Source of the DNA: Hyaloraphidium curvatum SAG 235-1
Lineage: Eukaryota > Fungi > Monoblepharomycota
Length of the DNA stretch: 64,000 nucleotides
Direction of reading: 5' to 3'
NCBI GenBank assembly: GCA_025558095.1
Contig: JAIVFI010000008.1
Location: forward strand, 620,001 to 684,000
Position numbers and translations under genes: made by a program. The notes below the pieces were generated by a model. That model ran no database searches and was not told the origin of the DNA. It saw only the letters and a list, made by a program, of their open reading frames with translations. This document shows, piece after piece, positions 36,061 through 48,054 of this stretch. Numbering within the stretch: position 1 is the first letter of the stretch; each line of letters begins with the position of its first letter.

Positions 36061-37345
36061 ATGGACCGCGTCGGCCAGGTCGCGACCCACCTCGGTGCCT
36101 CCTCCGCGGACCTCGTTCCGCCGCTCGTCCGTGCGTTCCTCCGCCACGAGGAGGAGCTTGAGCGCGCAGACCCCAAACTTGACGGATTCATCAAGGAGCT
36201 GCGGAAGCGCGGCGCCGGAGAATGCTGGCACAAGCGCGGCACCTTCCTGGAGCACCTCTTCCAGACGTACCGCAGCCTGGTGATCTGGGAGGGCAAGCCG
36301 ACGTCCATCTGCCACGCGGGCCTGATGCACTCGGCGTACAGCAACAGTGGGTTCGATCGGTGGCATCGAAGGCGACACCTGTATTGACCCAGCTGTCGAC
36401 CCAGGCTACGTAAACCTCGCGATCTTCCCTCCGGACGTCTCCCGGCCTCTGGTCCGCGAGTTGGTGGGCGGAGAGGTCGAGGACCTCATGCAGCTCTTCT
36501 GCACCATCAGTCGGGAGAAGATAATCATGACCAACCTTGTTCAGCGCGTTCCCGAGGACGTGCTCCGCCGCTCCGAGCCGCAGGACCTGGTCCCGCGCGA
36601 GGGGGTCGAAGCGCAGCATATCCGCAGTGGGGCCGCGCTCAAGCTGTCACGCGCTGACCTGGCTCGGTTCGTTCTCCTCACCATGGCCGATTTCGCCGAT
36701 CAGTTCTATTCTTGGCAAGATACGATGGCCGGGCGGCAGCTGGGAATGTCTTCCCCGAAGGGGGCAGAAGATCCGAACGCTCTTTGGCCTGGCGACTGCC
36801 GCCCGGGACTGTATATGAATCTTGTGTGCCGGATGGCTCACGTGCTCCGTCATCTCGTTGCCTGCGAAGTACGCGACACCGGCCTCGCGCCCTGCAAGCT
36901 GCCGCCTGTGTTCAACTACTGCACCGAATGGCTCTCGGAGGAAGCGCAGCTGCGGTCTAGGGACCTCTACTGGGACGCTGTCACAATCAACGGTACCGGC
37001 AAAAGGAGCGACGAAGCCGCCGCGCTGCTGAGGGAGGCCGCGGCGCTGAACCCGCACGTCGGCGAGTTCCGGATTCTCCTCGGGCAACTGCACGCTGGCA
37101 AGGGGGAATGGAAACAGGCCGAGGAGGAGGCGGCAAGGGGTGTCAAGCTCATGTGCGACTGGACAACTGCCTGGGACAAACGGATGACCTGGGAGGGATG
37201 GATCGCGTGGGGAAGGGTGATTGTGCAGGAAGGTGGGCGTTGCCGGATGCTCGTGACGCTTGCCAAGCTAACGGTCTGCGCAGCTCGGAACAAGAGGTGG
37301 CCGAACTCATTCTGGGGCGTGATTTCGTTGGGACTGGTTCAGTGA
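36061..37345 (+). CDS. DUF6817-like (HD-like) + TPR protein with N-terminal PTS2, 3 exons
   Basis: GAGECWHKRGTFLEHL...HAGLMHSAYSNSYVNLAIF; ALWPGD..PGL; LPPVF; NPHVGE TPR; WDKRMTWEGWIAW, resembling a conserved plant/algal uncharacterised family. Confidence 0.8.
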
Positions 37346-37442
37346 GGCATTTCAAATCCAATTGTGACACGAAGAATCAAACTACAGAAGTTGACTTCAG
37401 GAATCGCACACTCCACATGTCCACATTTCGCGCACGCGCGGG

Positions 37443-39199
37443 TCACAATCGCTCGACAGCTCCGAGAAGCCTACCCAGGTCGCCCCTAACGACCTGCCTG
37501 GCGAACCTCACCAGCCTCTCCTTCGAGTCCAGCACCTCGATCTGCTCCGTCAGCGCGTTGTAGCGCACCGCGAACGGGCGCGAAGAGAAGTTGGTGGGGC
37601 TCGAAGTGTAGAGCAGGATCTGGTCCTTCAGCCCCGCAAACGATCCGGCCAGGAAGTACTTTGGCTGATACGCCGTTATGCCATATTCGGTGCGGCTTGC
37701 CAAGTCCGGGTCGAACGGCTCCCACTTGGGGCCGTCGGGTTGGCCGCCCTTGGCAATGGCCCAGTCGAGCTCGCCAAAGGAGGAGAGGAGGCCAGCACCA
37801 TACGCTCGGACGTCGTTCCCGCCGCCGCCGTTGCGAGGCTGGGACACGATGCCGAACTCGAGCGTGAACCAGTCTGCGGAAGAGGTGAGCTGCCTTGCCG
37901 ATCGAGCACCTCAGTGCCCCGAAGACTCACACAAGGTGGACAGCCGCTTGATCTCCTCCTCGGAAGCCCCGAGGCTGGCCAGCCCGATCTCCTGGCTGAG
38001 GTCCGCGACGTCGGGGTCGGCAAACAGCGGCACGTGCCCAATCAGCTCGTGGCAGACGTCGGGCTCCGGCGTGTACAAGGGCTGCGCGGGGTGACGAATG
38101 TACTGCGTCGCATGGAAGACGCGGAAGGCGAGTCCGTTCAAGAAATCGCGCGGCGACAAGAGGCCGGCAACAGGCCGCAGGGTGAAGCCCGTGGTCGCCT
38201 TCAGGAACCGGGAAACGTCCTCGAGCTGCGGGATGTTGTCGCGCCGGTACCCGCATTCGGATTCGAGCAGCGGCCACACGTAGCGGAACTCCTTGCAGGC
38301 GAACCGCCTGTGCATGTCCTGGAGCTTGTCGTACACGACGCCCCAGGCGCCCACCTCCTCCGGCGTGTACTCGGCGCGCGGCAGCGGCTGCCCGTGTCGG
38401 TACTCCTTCGCCTTGCGCGCGATCTCGATCCGGCGCTCGCGGTACCGCTCGTCCTTGAACCCGGGGTGGTCCGCGTCCAGCTCCACGCCGTACTGCAGGA
38501 TCTTGTCCGAGTAGGCGTCCAGGTCCGACTTTTTGCGCGGGAACCAGGGCACGCCGACGGTAGCTTCGCCCTGCGAGGCGTGGTACGCCGCGTCGCCTAT
38601 CCCGACGACGCGGACCTCCTTGACGAGGCCAAGCCCCGAGAACTTGTCCCGCTCGAGGCTCTTGAGGCCTTTGACGACCTGGTCCACCTCTTCCACGTTG
38701 TCTGCAATCCATTCGATGATGATGTCGTAGTCGAGCCGGCTCGTGGCCGACGGGCGGGACTCGATACGCTTCAGGCTGACCTCGAGGGTGTTGGAGAGAT
38801 AGGAAAGCACTCTTTCGAGGGCGCCGGTCCGGTCGGGGATCGTGAACTGTCCCGAAGCATGTTCACAGAGGAAACAAAGGAAACGCGAAGGCGGTTGGAG
38901 GGGGAAAGACGACGAGATATGAGGACGGCGGTCCCAGGTCACTTGACCCGGCCGGGAGCGAGCAACGCGGAGACGCTTACGTAGATGGTGCTCTTGAGTT
39001 CTCCTCCGACGGTTGCCGACGGGACTTGTGCCGCTTGAGCCACCGTAGCCATGGTGCGCCGGGGATCCAGGTGCGGACGGAGGAACAGCGAACCCCGGGC
39101 CGACGGCACGGCGGCGGCGAGAGGAACCGGAGCCGCGCGGGGTGCACATGCGGCGAGCCGCTTTGCGCAGAGCCCGAGCAACCGGACTGGAGCTCTCAT
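37443..39199 (-). CDS. PAH: Phenylalanine 4-hydroxylase (ACT + pterin-dependent hydroxylase domain), 3 exons; alternative start at 39052
   Basis: ACT ([15 protein letters not shown]), [37 protein letters not shown] (Fe ligands), [13 protein letters not shown]. Confidence 0.93.
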
Positions 39200-39297
39200 T
39201 TGCGTGCGTTGAGCGCACGGGAGACGTCGACGGAGTTTCGCTGGGGGCGCGGGCCGAGGGGCAGCGGCAGAGGCAAACACCGCCGCCAACGCGTGAA

Positions 39298-40717
39298 ATG
39301 CAAGCCGCGTTCCTGGGGCTACCAGATGAAATCGAGCTCGTCCTCAATGGAGAGCTCACGTCGACGCCGCTCCCCACCTCCGTCAAGGAGGCCCGATCCG
39401 TTGCGGGATTCAGGAACTTGACTGGAATAGCCCACGCGATCTCCTGGAGGCATGTTCCTCGCAGCACGAGTTCATGCGTTGATTCTGACGCGTCTATACT
39501 TCAGATCAAAGAAAGCAGGCTCGCGAATTGAGCAGTCCGGGACCTGGATCCTTCCCGGTGACGAGTTGACAGTTCGTACGTGGGACGAGCGAAGTCAGGA
39601 GCTTTCTGAAGATTTGAAAGCAATGAGCCATGCTCGAAGGCTCTATCTGCGGAACCAGGCGCTCCTGGAGCCCCCCTTGGTGTCGTGGGTCGATGACGAC
39701 ATGGCAGACGCCGAGCGCTGGCGGAGGCTTTCGGACCACATCGAGCCGGAGCGCATCCGAGCGATTTTCCCACATTTACGGATCCCACGCTACGCGACAT
39801 TCGGCCGGAGAGAGCGCAGCGTCGTGGGGATTGATGTGCGCTTCACGCCGATCGCCATCGTTGGCGCTGACTCGCGCCGGGACAACGACGCACCCATGGA
39901 CAAGACACGGGTAGTGAACCAGCTCCTCGAGGGCTCGTTCGGGAAGCTTGATCTGGACTCTGCCTTCTCGGCCATGCTTGGAGAGCTGCAGATCGCGTTC
40001 GTTTCTTTCGTCTTCCTCAACTCATTCGACGGATTCGAGCACTGGGCACGTCTCGTGTCGTTGCTGTGCAGCTCAATTAGGCTCGTACACGACCATCCTG
40101 AATGGTTTTCGAAGCTCTTGACGGTCTTGCGGCCCATGTTCGAGGAACTGGCGCGCTCCTTCGGGACGAAGGACCTGGTGGCCGCGTTAGCGGGCACGTC
40201 CGGCAAGCTCGTCCCGTCGTCGAGCACCTTTCCCATCCACGAGCTCCAGCACCTGTCGGACACCTTGCAGCACTCATCCTTGCCTACCACGCCGCCTTTC
40301 GTCAAGCTGCAGGTCGAAGCGCAGCGGTTCTTCACCTTTATCCGGCGGACGTTCAACTGGGACCTCATGGGAGGAGAGATTGACGCCGTGCTGGACTCGA
40401 GGCTGGAAGGTCCGACTGTTGTGGGCTTTGACGGGATGCTTGAACCTGACGTCGATGGTGCTTCCGGGAGGATTCCGTCGCACAAGCGCCCAACTGCGTA
40501 TTCGGAATCCAGTGGCACGGAGAAGAAGCCGAGAATCAGCAATGGCAACAGCAATGGAGCTGCTCGTAGCCAGAACGGTGCATTTCAAAGTTCCCCGGCC
40601 GGATCACCTGCCAGAAACGCTGCAAGCGTTTCGGACGATGGAGGCGAAGACGACGGGACGGCTGAAAACGGCGAGACTGGCAGCGACGGCTTCGACGGGC
40701 TCGACGCCTTTGATTGA
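39298..40717 (+). CDS. AAR2: U5 snRNP assembly factor Aar2 (multi-exon)
   Basis: N-terminal FLGLP...[12 protein letters not shown]; VRTWD; WRRLSDHI; MDKT; [34 protein letters not shown]. Confidence 0.8.
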
Positions 40718-40732
40718 TTGAGCTGACATGAA

Positions 40733-41211
40733 TCAAGGCTTGTATGTCTTCATCGTCGGGCTGTTTTCCCTGTACAATGAACAGGAGTCAGCATCGGCCT
40801 GCGGGAAAGAGAGGGAGGCCCCCACCAGTCCTTTTGACCCTCGGTCACGAGCTCGATGTACTTCGTCATCGCCTCCTCCTTCGACATCCCCTTCAAGGCC
40901 GCCCAGGCGTCCCATTTCGCCCGTTCTACAAACTGCACTGACCACCTGCCGGGCGAGCTCACCGTAAGGCCAACGCCCGTACGGAGGTAGCAACTCCGCC
41001 CACGGTTGCGATCCCTCCACGTCGCCGACGGTGGCTTGCTTGAACAAAGCGTAGAACTTTAGCTTGACATCGTTCTCCGAGTCCACCGGCGGGCCCTGCG
41101 GGACGACACAGCGGAGGTGGCGTCGAACGAAACTCCGGAATAGACGGACGTCTTACTCACATTCCTTATCATGAAAACAGCCCGCTTGAACTTCTCTTCA
41201 GTCTCGGACAT
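40733..41211 (-). CDS. ACB1: Acyl-CoA-binding protein, 4 exons
   Basis: KLKFYALFKQATVGD and RAKWDAWAALKGMSKEEAMTKYIELV. Confidence 0.92.
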
Positions 41212-41391
41212 TCTCGAGTTGCAGCTTCTGCGGGTTGATGCGCTACAAACGAGCTGGAGACAGCGCGGGGATTCAGCGCGGGTGCGTGTTCGGCCTTGAT
41301 CGACGCGCTGATCGAGCGACAACACCCCTAGCCGCCGCTTGAGACTCCCTGAGGGGTCCGGCAGCTGCTTCGTGACTGCTGCTGCGGAGCA

Positions 41392-42944
41392 ATGTCCGGC
41401 TGGATCAAGATTCCGCGCCTGGCGACGCGTTTGCCTCCCTCTCGCCCGGACGTGCTCGCTCTCTCCCCGCAAGCCTTTGTGGACCACTTGGCCTCGAAGA
41501 GGATCAAAGCTTTCCATTTCGCTTATGATGCCAAGTCGGACCTGTTCCATTTGTCGCACCCGGAACTCCTCACGCCTGTTGTGCAATATCTCCTCGCGGA
41601 TCCGATTGGCGACTGGGCCGGGCACGAAGCGGTCTTTGTTCGCGTCTCGCCGGAAGGCGTTCTGCAGTCGGCGTCGATCCAGTACACGTATCGAGGGGCC
41701 GGGGCAGGCGGAGTACGCAATTGGAGCTACCCTGACACGGAAGGTTTCCTCCGCGACGGTATACGGCTGGCGAAGGGGATGGGAGCTAAGAATGCGCTCG
41801 CGGGCCTATGGTGGGGCGGCGGCAAAGGCGTCATGGCTTCGAATTCGGGCACCGGGCTGGGTGCCGCATCAGAGCCCCAACAGCGTGCAGCTGCGTACCG
41901 ATCCTACGGCCGCCTTGTTTCCTCGCTCCGTGGGGCCTATGTCACGGCAGAAGATGTCGGAACCAACGTCAAGGACATGGAGGCCGTGTTCAGCGGCACA
42001 AGGCACACGACCTGTATCCCGGAGCGGCTCGGCGGCAGCGGCAATCCTTCGATTCCTACGGCTCGCGGGATCGTTGTGGCTATCGAGGCCGCATTCGAGG
42101 AGCTCGGCATCCCTCTTGCCGGAGCCAGGGTGGGGGTGATCGGCGTCGGCAACGTGGGCTCTTTCGTTGCGCGGTTCTTGTTGGAGAAGGGCGTGGGCGA
42201 GCTCGTCTGCTCGGACGGAAACGAAGCCACGCTCTCGCGTGTCGGCAAAGTTCTGCGCAGCGCGTTTCCGTCGGCCAAGATTGAGCTCCACACCACAACG
42301 TCTCTCGAACCTTTCCTGGCCGCCGGGGAGCAGAATCCGCTGGACTGCCTCTCGCCGTGTGCCACGGGAGGATTGCTGAATCCGACGTCGATACCACAGC
42401 TCAATGGAAGGGTCAGAATCATTTGCGGAGCCGCGAACAACCAGCTCTTGAACATCGATTCGGACGGGGAGCTGCTTCACGAGGCCGGGATCGTTTACCT
42501 GCCTGACTTCGCTGTCAACCGAATGGGCATTGTCAATGTTCGTGCGACCGCTCAGCGCCCTATTCACCTTTCTGATCACCTATTCTAGTGCGCAAATGAG
42601 TATGCCGGCACCTTGCCTCCGCTAGAAGATCCCGCAATCATCAAGCACTTCATCCCGAGCAATCCGGATTCGATCCCCGCGGTCGCCCGATTCCTCATCA
42701 CAGAGTCAAAGAAGACCGGTAGATCAACTCAGGCTATTGCGGACGAGCGCGCTGCCGAGAAGGCCAAGGAGCTCAATCCGTTGTGGGGCCACCGCTCGTT
42801 TGAGATCGTGGGTACAGCCGGGCACCGTCGGGGTCTTCCTCTAATCAGCAGCGCACGCAGATCAAGGCGATTGTCGAGCCGGCAGGCCCGGGGAGGCATC
42901 CAAAGTGGATCGACTATTTGGAACAAGCTGACACTGGCTTGTAG
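41392..42944 (+). CDS. Glu/Leu/Phe/Val dehydrogenase (leucine/phenylalanine dehydrogenase-like), 3 exons
   Basis: GAGGVR, LAKGMGAKNALAGLWWGGGKG, YVTAEDVGT, GGSGNPS..TARG, GVGNVG, CGAANNQL, PDFAVN. Confidence 0.9.
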
Positions 42945-42997
42945 TTGTATTCGCCACAGAACACATAGAACGCTGCCGACCATGGCCGCTAGAACAA

Positions 42998-45900
42998 TCA
43001 CAACTTTTCCCAGCTTCCGTCCGATTTCGGGCTCCCGCTCCGACTCGGTGCCTCCCTTGCAAGCTTGAGCTTTAGGGTGATGATCTTGAACGGCATTACC
43101 GGGACTTCAATCACACACTTCCCGCCCGCCTTCAGCACCTCAAGCGGGCGACCGTTCTCCTCCAGACCATTGCACTCGTGGGCCTCCGCGACCGGCAGAA
43201 TGGTCTCCACCGATGCCGTTGCTCGGCCCCCGTAGGCTTCGTAAAGCCGAACAATGACAGAATCCGGTTCGTCTTCGGCGCGCTTGATGGTGTCGATGAC
43301 GACGTTGCGCGACGTGGGCTCGCCGCGCCCACCAGGGAGCAACCGGATGTAAGACACAGAAAGGGGTTGCGAAGGAGCATCGGCGGGAGGAGGGTTCGCC
43401 AGGGTAACCATTCTGCGACGGACGGACATCCACGTGAGCAGGGGCGACGGCAGCTTCTCAGGTCGAACTCACCTAACAAAAGGCTCGACGTTGAAAAGAT
43501 AGCCCTCCCGGACGACCTCAGAACCCAGGAAAGCATGCTTGTGCGGGTACAGGGCGTACTTGAACTCGTGAGAGCCCATGTCGGCATGATCGTCGGGAGC
43601 CTTGGGCGATCGCAGGAGGGAAAGCCGCATGACGTTGCCACGTGTGCTGTAGCCATACTTGCAATCGTTCAGGAGCGCGATACCGCTGCCGAATTCGGAA
43701 AGGTCCGCGAACTTGTGCCCGCAGACTTCGAACTTCGCCATGTCCCACGACGTGTTCTGGTGCGTCGGCCTCGTGACGACGCCGAAAGCCGTCTCGTAGG
43801 TCGCCACGTCGCTCATGACATCGAACGGGAACTCGACCTTGAGGAACTTGCGGGACTCGTGCCACTCGACGTTGGTATGGAACTCGAGCACCGGCGACGA
43901 CGCGTGAAGGATGATCTTCTGAGTGAGGGTGCTCGTCGGCGACAGCTTGTGCTCGACGAGCATCACGCTCCGCAGGGGACCGCCTTCGATGATCTGCATA
44001 TGCGTTAGAGGAAGGCGCAAACGGCTCGCACAACCAGTCTTACCCGAGCAACGCCGGCTCCGGCATCCCACGACTTTTCAAGGTGGTAGATCTCGACGTC
44101 CCAAGCATCCCAGAACAGCGGGATGTCCTCGAAGTACTTGAACCGGTTACCGAGCTGGAGCAACGTTCAGGACCTGCCACGTAAGGCAAGACGCGCAGAA
44201 GGTCACCTCTCCCTGGACGATGAACTCCCGCTGAGTATCGTGCTCGAAGAAGCTAGAGATCCGGCCGTCGCCTTCGATGCAGACCCGAACGAATGCGTTT
44301 TCCAGCCAGAACGTCGCTCCGTTGTTCACCACCTCGACTAAACGGGACATTGAACAAAAGCCGATGGGCAGCAACGAATCAACCCACCCTTGACGGGTTT
44401 CAATCCAGCGCTTTGAAGGTCCTCCAAGCCACCCTGGCCCGCGGCAACGTCGACGGTACGGAAGCCCATTGCGGGCACGTCCGAGGCAAGCACCAAGCCA
44501 AAGCGCCCGTCGGCGCTCTTCTGCGCGAACTTGTCGCGCGCCGACGCGTCCACTTGGTCGAGAGGTACCTCAATGACGTCCGTCCGCGACCAACGGGTCG
44601 TGTTGAAGACGGCGGCGAGGCGCTTTTCGGAGGAGCCCGACTTGATCGGTTCCGGCGAACACGCCTTCAAGTCCTCGGCGTCCAGGAGCTTGACCACCGC
44701 CTCCGCAAACAAGGCCTCGCCACTTTTCTTCACGTCCGCGTAGTACTCGGCGGCGTCCTTGTAGACCTCGGTGATGCTGCTCCCGGGCAAGACGTCGTGG
44801 AACTGGTTCAGTAGGACCAGTTTCCACAGCCGATCCAGCTCGTCCTTTGGGTAGCGGAAACCAGCCCGCTCTCCCCGGGCGCGGACGGGCGCGGTGGGCA
44901 CCATGTGGTTGTTCCCGCCAGCCCACATGGAAATGGCCGAGAGGAACTCGACGTTGCGAAGGAGGAGCTCCGACTTGCGGTTCGACCGCTTCGTGTGCGC
45001 TTGCGTCGTGTAGGTCCCGCGGTGGAGCTCGAAGTACTGCGGAGCGGCGTAAATGCTAAGGAAGCTCCGACAGGGAGCTCGAGGTCCTCACCAGCTCGCC
45101 CTTCCAGACGGCCAAGTCCCTGGAGGTCTTTTCGAGCCTCTGGTAGAACTCATTGACGTCGCCGATTTCGACCTTGGGCAGGCCGGCGACGTCCCTGAGC
45201 CGGCGCAACCGCTCCAGCATCGGCTTTGTCGGACCCCCTCCGCCGTCTCCATTGCCAAAGAGAACGAGCCCTTCGGAGGTGTATGGGAGGTCCTTGTTGT
45301 TGGAGACGGAGAAGAGCATCTCGTCGACGGTGCACTGCGCGTTGTAGGTGTCCGTGGGGGAGAAGTGCGTGAGGACCGGGGTGCCATCGAGGGCCTTCCA
45401 GTAGAACGTCGTGTGCGGGAACTGAGGGCGATGTGAGCTGAATCGGCATCGACGGCGGCACATTGGGTACCCACCTTGTTGATGTTGTTCCAGCTCAGCT
45501 TCTGCGTGAAGAAGTACTCGCCGTCCGTGTGCCGAACGATCTGCGGTAGCTGCGACGAATAACCGAACTTTCCGACGCCGTGAGTTAGCCGCTTTTCCCA
45601 CTGCGAGTGGAACGAGAACTGCTCACGGTGTCAGGCAGCCAGAAGACCTTTGAGGTCATCTCAAAGTTCTCCCGCATGAAACGCTGGCCGTACAGGAACT
45701 GCCGAACAAACGCCTCTCCCGAAGGAACTGGAAGGGGAACGATATGTCAGCGGTAAACCAGTCGCCGCGAGACGTGAAGCCCACTGTTGCAGTCCATCTC
45801 GACCCAGGTCCCGCCGATGGGGATAAAACGGCCCAGCTTGGCGTACTTCTTGATCTCGTCAAACAGCCCCGGGTACAGCTGCTTCATCCACTCCAGCTGC

Positions 45901-47027
45901 TGCATCTGCGAGCACGCGAACTTGTGCTCCGGGTACTCCTCCATGAGCCTGATCTGGGCCGCCCAGGACCGCGCCGCCTTGCGCTTGGTCTCCCCGTACG
46001 GCCACAGCCACGCGGTGTCGATGTGGCAGTGCCCGATGGCCGAGAGGCTGTGCGTGCCCTCGGCGTTGCGCGCCTGGAGGATCTCCTTGGCCGCCTGTCG
46101 CGCCGCCTCCCACGTCCGCCGGTCGTCCTTCATGAAAAGGTTCACCATCCTGTTGGCCACCCAGAGGGCCTTGTTGCCGCGGTCGCTGTCCGCGGGCAGG
46201 TTCCGCGCCATGCCGGTGACGATCTCGAAGTCGTACCACAGATCCCAGGCCAGCAGGTCCGGCACGCGCAGCTCGCACGTGTCAAGGGTAAAGTAGCGGT
46301 CCGGCTGGCTCGGCGCGATGTCCGTCCCCGGGCCTCCGACACCAAACAGGCCGTTGCACGCGAGCTCGACGTAGAACTCCAGTTTCTGCGCGTCGGGAAG
46401 GGCCGCTCGACACTCGGACGCAGCAGGAGCACGCCATCGACCCACGTTCCCGGGGGCAACGAGCCCCTTGATGTTCCAATCCGCCCTTCTGTTCCCGTCC
46501 CTGCCCCCCGTGAGGCCCGTGACCACCTGTCCGTCCTTGGTCCAGATCATGGCCTCGCAGTTGGCGTCCCAGGTGAAGTACACGACCTCCTCCCCGGCGA
46601 GCTCCTTCGGCATCGTCAGCGAGACCCGGAACCAGAACGTGGCCCAGGACGGGCCGAAAGACTCTCCGACGCGCGCGGGGCGGTACTCGTTGGAGGGATT
46701 CGTGGCCTCGGCGAAGGTTCTTCGCGCGGTCAGGTAAGCGACCAGGGCCGGGGCGAACAAGGAAGGAGCACCAACATCCGCTTGAGGTCCGGTACCGCGT
46801 AGACGGAGAGCTCGATGCCCTCGGCCCATTTCTTCTTCCACAGAACCGAGCGGAGGTTGACATCTGGGTTGCGGGGTTCAGGGGACGCGCGTCAGCACCG
46901 TGTTTCAGGCTGCCCCGGCGCGGCGGATCCCGGCGCCGCTGCCGCGTGCGGGACACTTGCCGCTAAAGAGCAGCTCCTGCGTGAACTTTTGGAGCCGCTC
47001 GAGCGTGATATCGCGGTGCTTCTCCAT
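42998..47027 (-). CDS. AMS1: Vacuolar/cytosolic alpha-mannosidase, GH38 (multi-exon)
   Basis: [77 protein letters not shown]. Confidence 0.95.
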
Positions 47028-47210
47028 TGTTTGGACGAACGGAGTTTCGCCACGCGCGATCAAGTTGACGGACGCGCCTGCGGACGCGCCGCCGAATCGC
47101 CTGTGAGGGACGCCGCGAGGGACCACGGAGCAACTCAGCGTGGAAGCACGGCCCTTACCGGGGAACCACCAGGAATCGCCCGTGCTGCCTCACCCCACTG
47201 CGACGCCGCG

Positions 47211-47966
47211 ATGAACGACTTCAATCAAGGAATGCGCCTACACGACAAGGTGGCCCTCGTCACCGGCTCGGCGGCAGGGATCGGACGGGCCGTGGCCGAA
47301 CTGTTCGCCGCCCAGGGCGCGCGCATTGCGCTGATGGATCGCAGCGACCATGTGCTGGCCGTGGCGGAGCAGCTGCCCGGCGAGCACCTGGGCCTGGTCT
47401 GCGACGTGACCGAGCTCGCCCAGCTACGTGCCGCGGTCGCCCAGGTGCAGGCACATTTCGGCCGCATCGACGTGCTTGTCAACAACGCCGGCGTCGCGCT
47501 GCTAGACGAGGTGGACAAGGTCACCGAGGAGGACTGGGACACGACGATGGACGTCAACCTGAAGGCCCCCTTCTTCCTCGCACAAATGATCGCGCCGATC
47601 ATGGCCGCCCAGGGCGGAGGACGGATCGTCAACATTGCATCGCAGGCTGCGGTGGTCGCCCTGCCGAGACACGCTGCGTATTGCGCTTCAAAAGCCGCCT
47701 TAGTGTCGCTGACCGCGGTGCTGGCCATCGAGTGGGCGTCCAAGGGCATCACGGTCAACGCAGTCTCGCCCACCGTCGTGGAAACCGAGCTGGGCAAGAA
47801 GGCCTGGGCCGGGGAGGTTGGCGAGGCCATGAAAAAGAAGATCCCCGTGGGCCGCTTCGCCCAACCCGCCGAGATCGCCTCGGCGGTCCTGTACCTGGCC
47901 AGCGCGCATGCCGGAATGATGACCGGATCGAACCTGGTCATCGACGGGGGCTACACCATCCAGTGA
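47211..47966 (+). CDS. Bacterial-type SDR, GolD/DthD (D-threitol/glycerol dehydrogenase) family, intronless
   Basis: TGSAAGIG, NNAG, ASQA, YCASK, SPTVVETELGKKAW, GSNLVIDGGYTIQ. Confidence 0.88.
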   Translation: MNDFNQGMRLHDKVALVTGSAAGIGRAVAELFAAQGARIALMDRSDHVLAVAEQLPGEHLGLVCDVTELAQLRAAVAQVQAHFGRIDVLVNNAGVALLDEVDKVTEEDWDTTMDVNLKAPFFLAQMIAPIMAAQGGGRIVNIASQAAVVALPRHAAYCASKAALVSLTAVLAIEWASKGITVNAVSPTVVETELGKKAWAGEVGEAMKKKIPVGRFAQPAEIASAVLYLASAHAGMMTGSNLVIDGGYTIQ

Positions 47967-48054
47967 TGGTCGACTGGCCGGCCTGAACCGCGTACGTGAG
48001 CACGTGTGTTCGAAGGGATGATACTGCAAAAGGGCTGAATCTATTTGCGATCCA

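Noticed and set aside
47211-47966. Bacterial contamination of the contig
   Set aside because: Bacterial-like genes are single, interleaved with intron-containing eukaryotic genes, and show no operon structure
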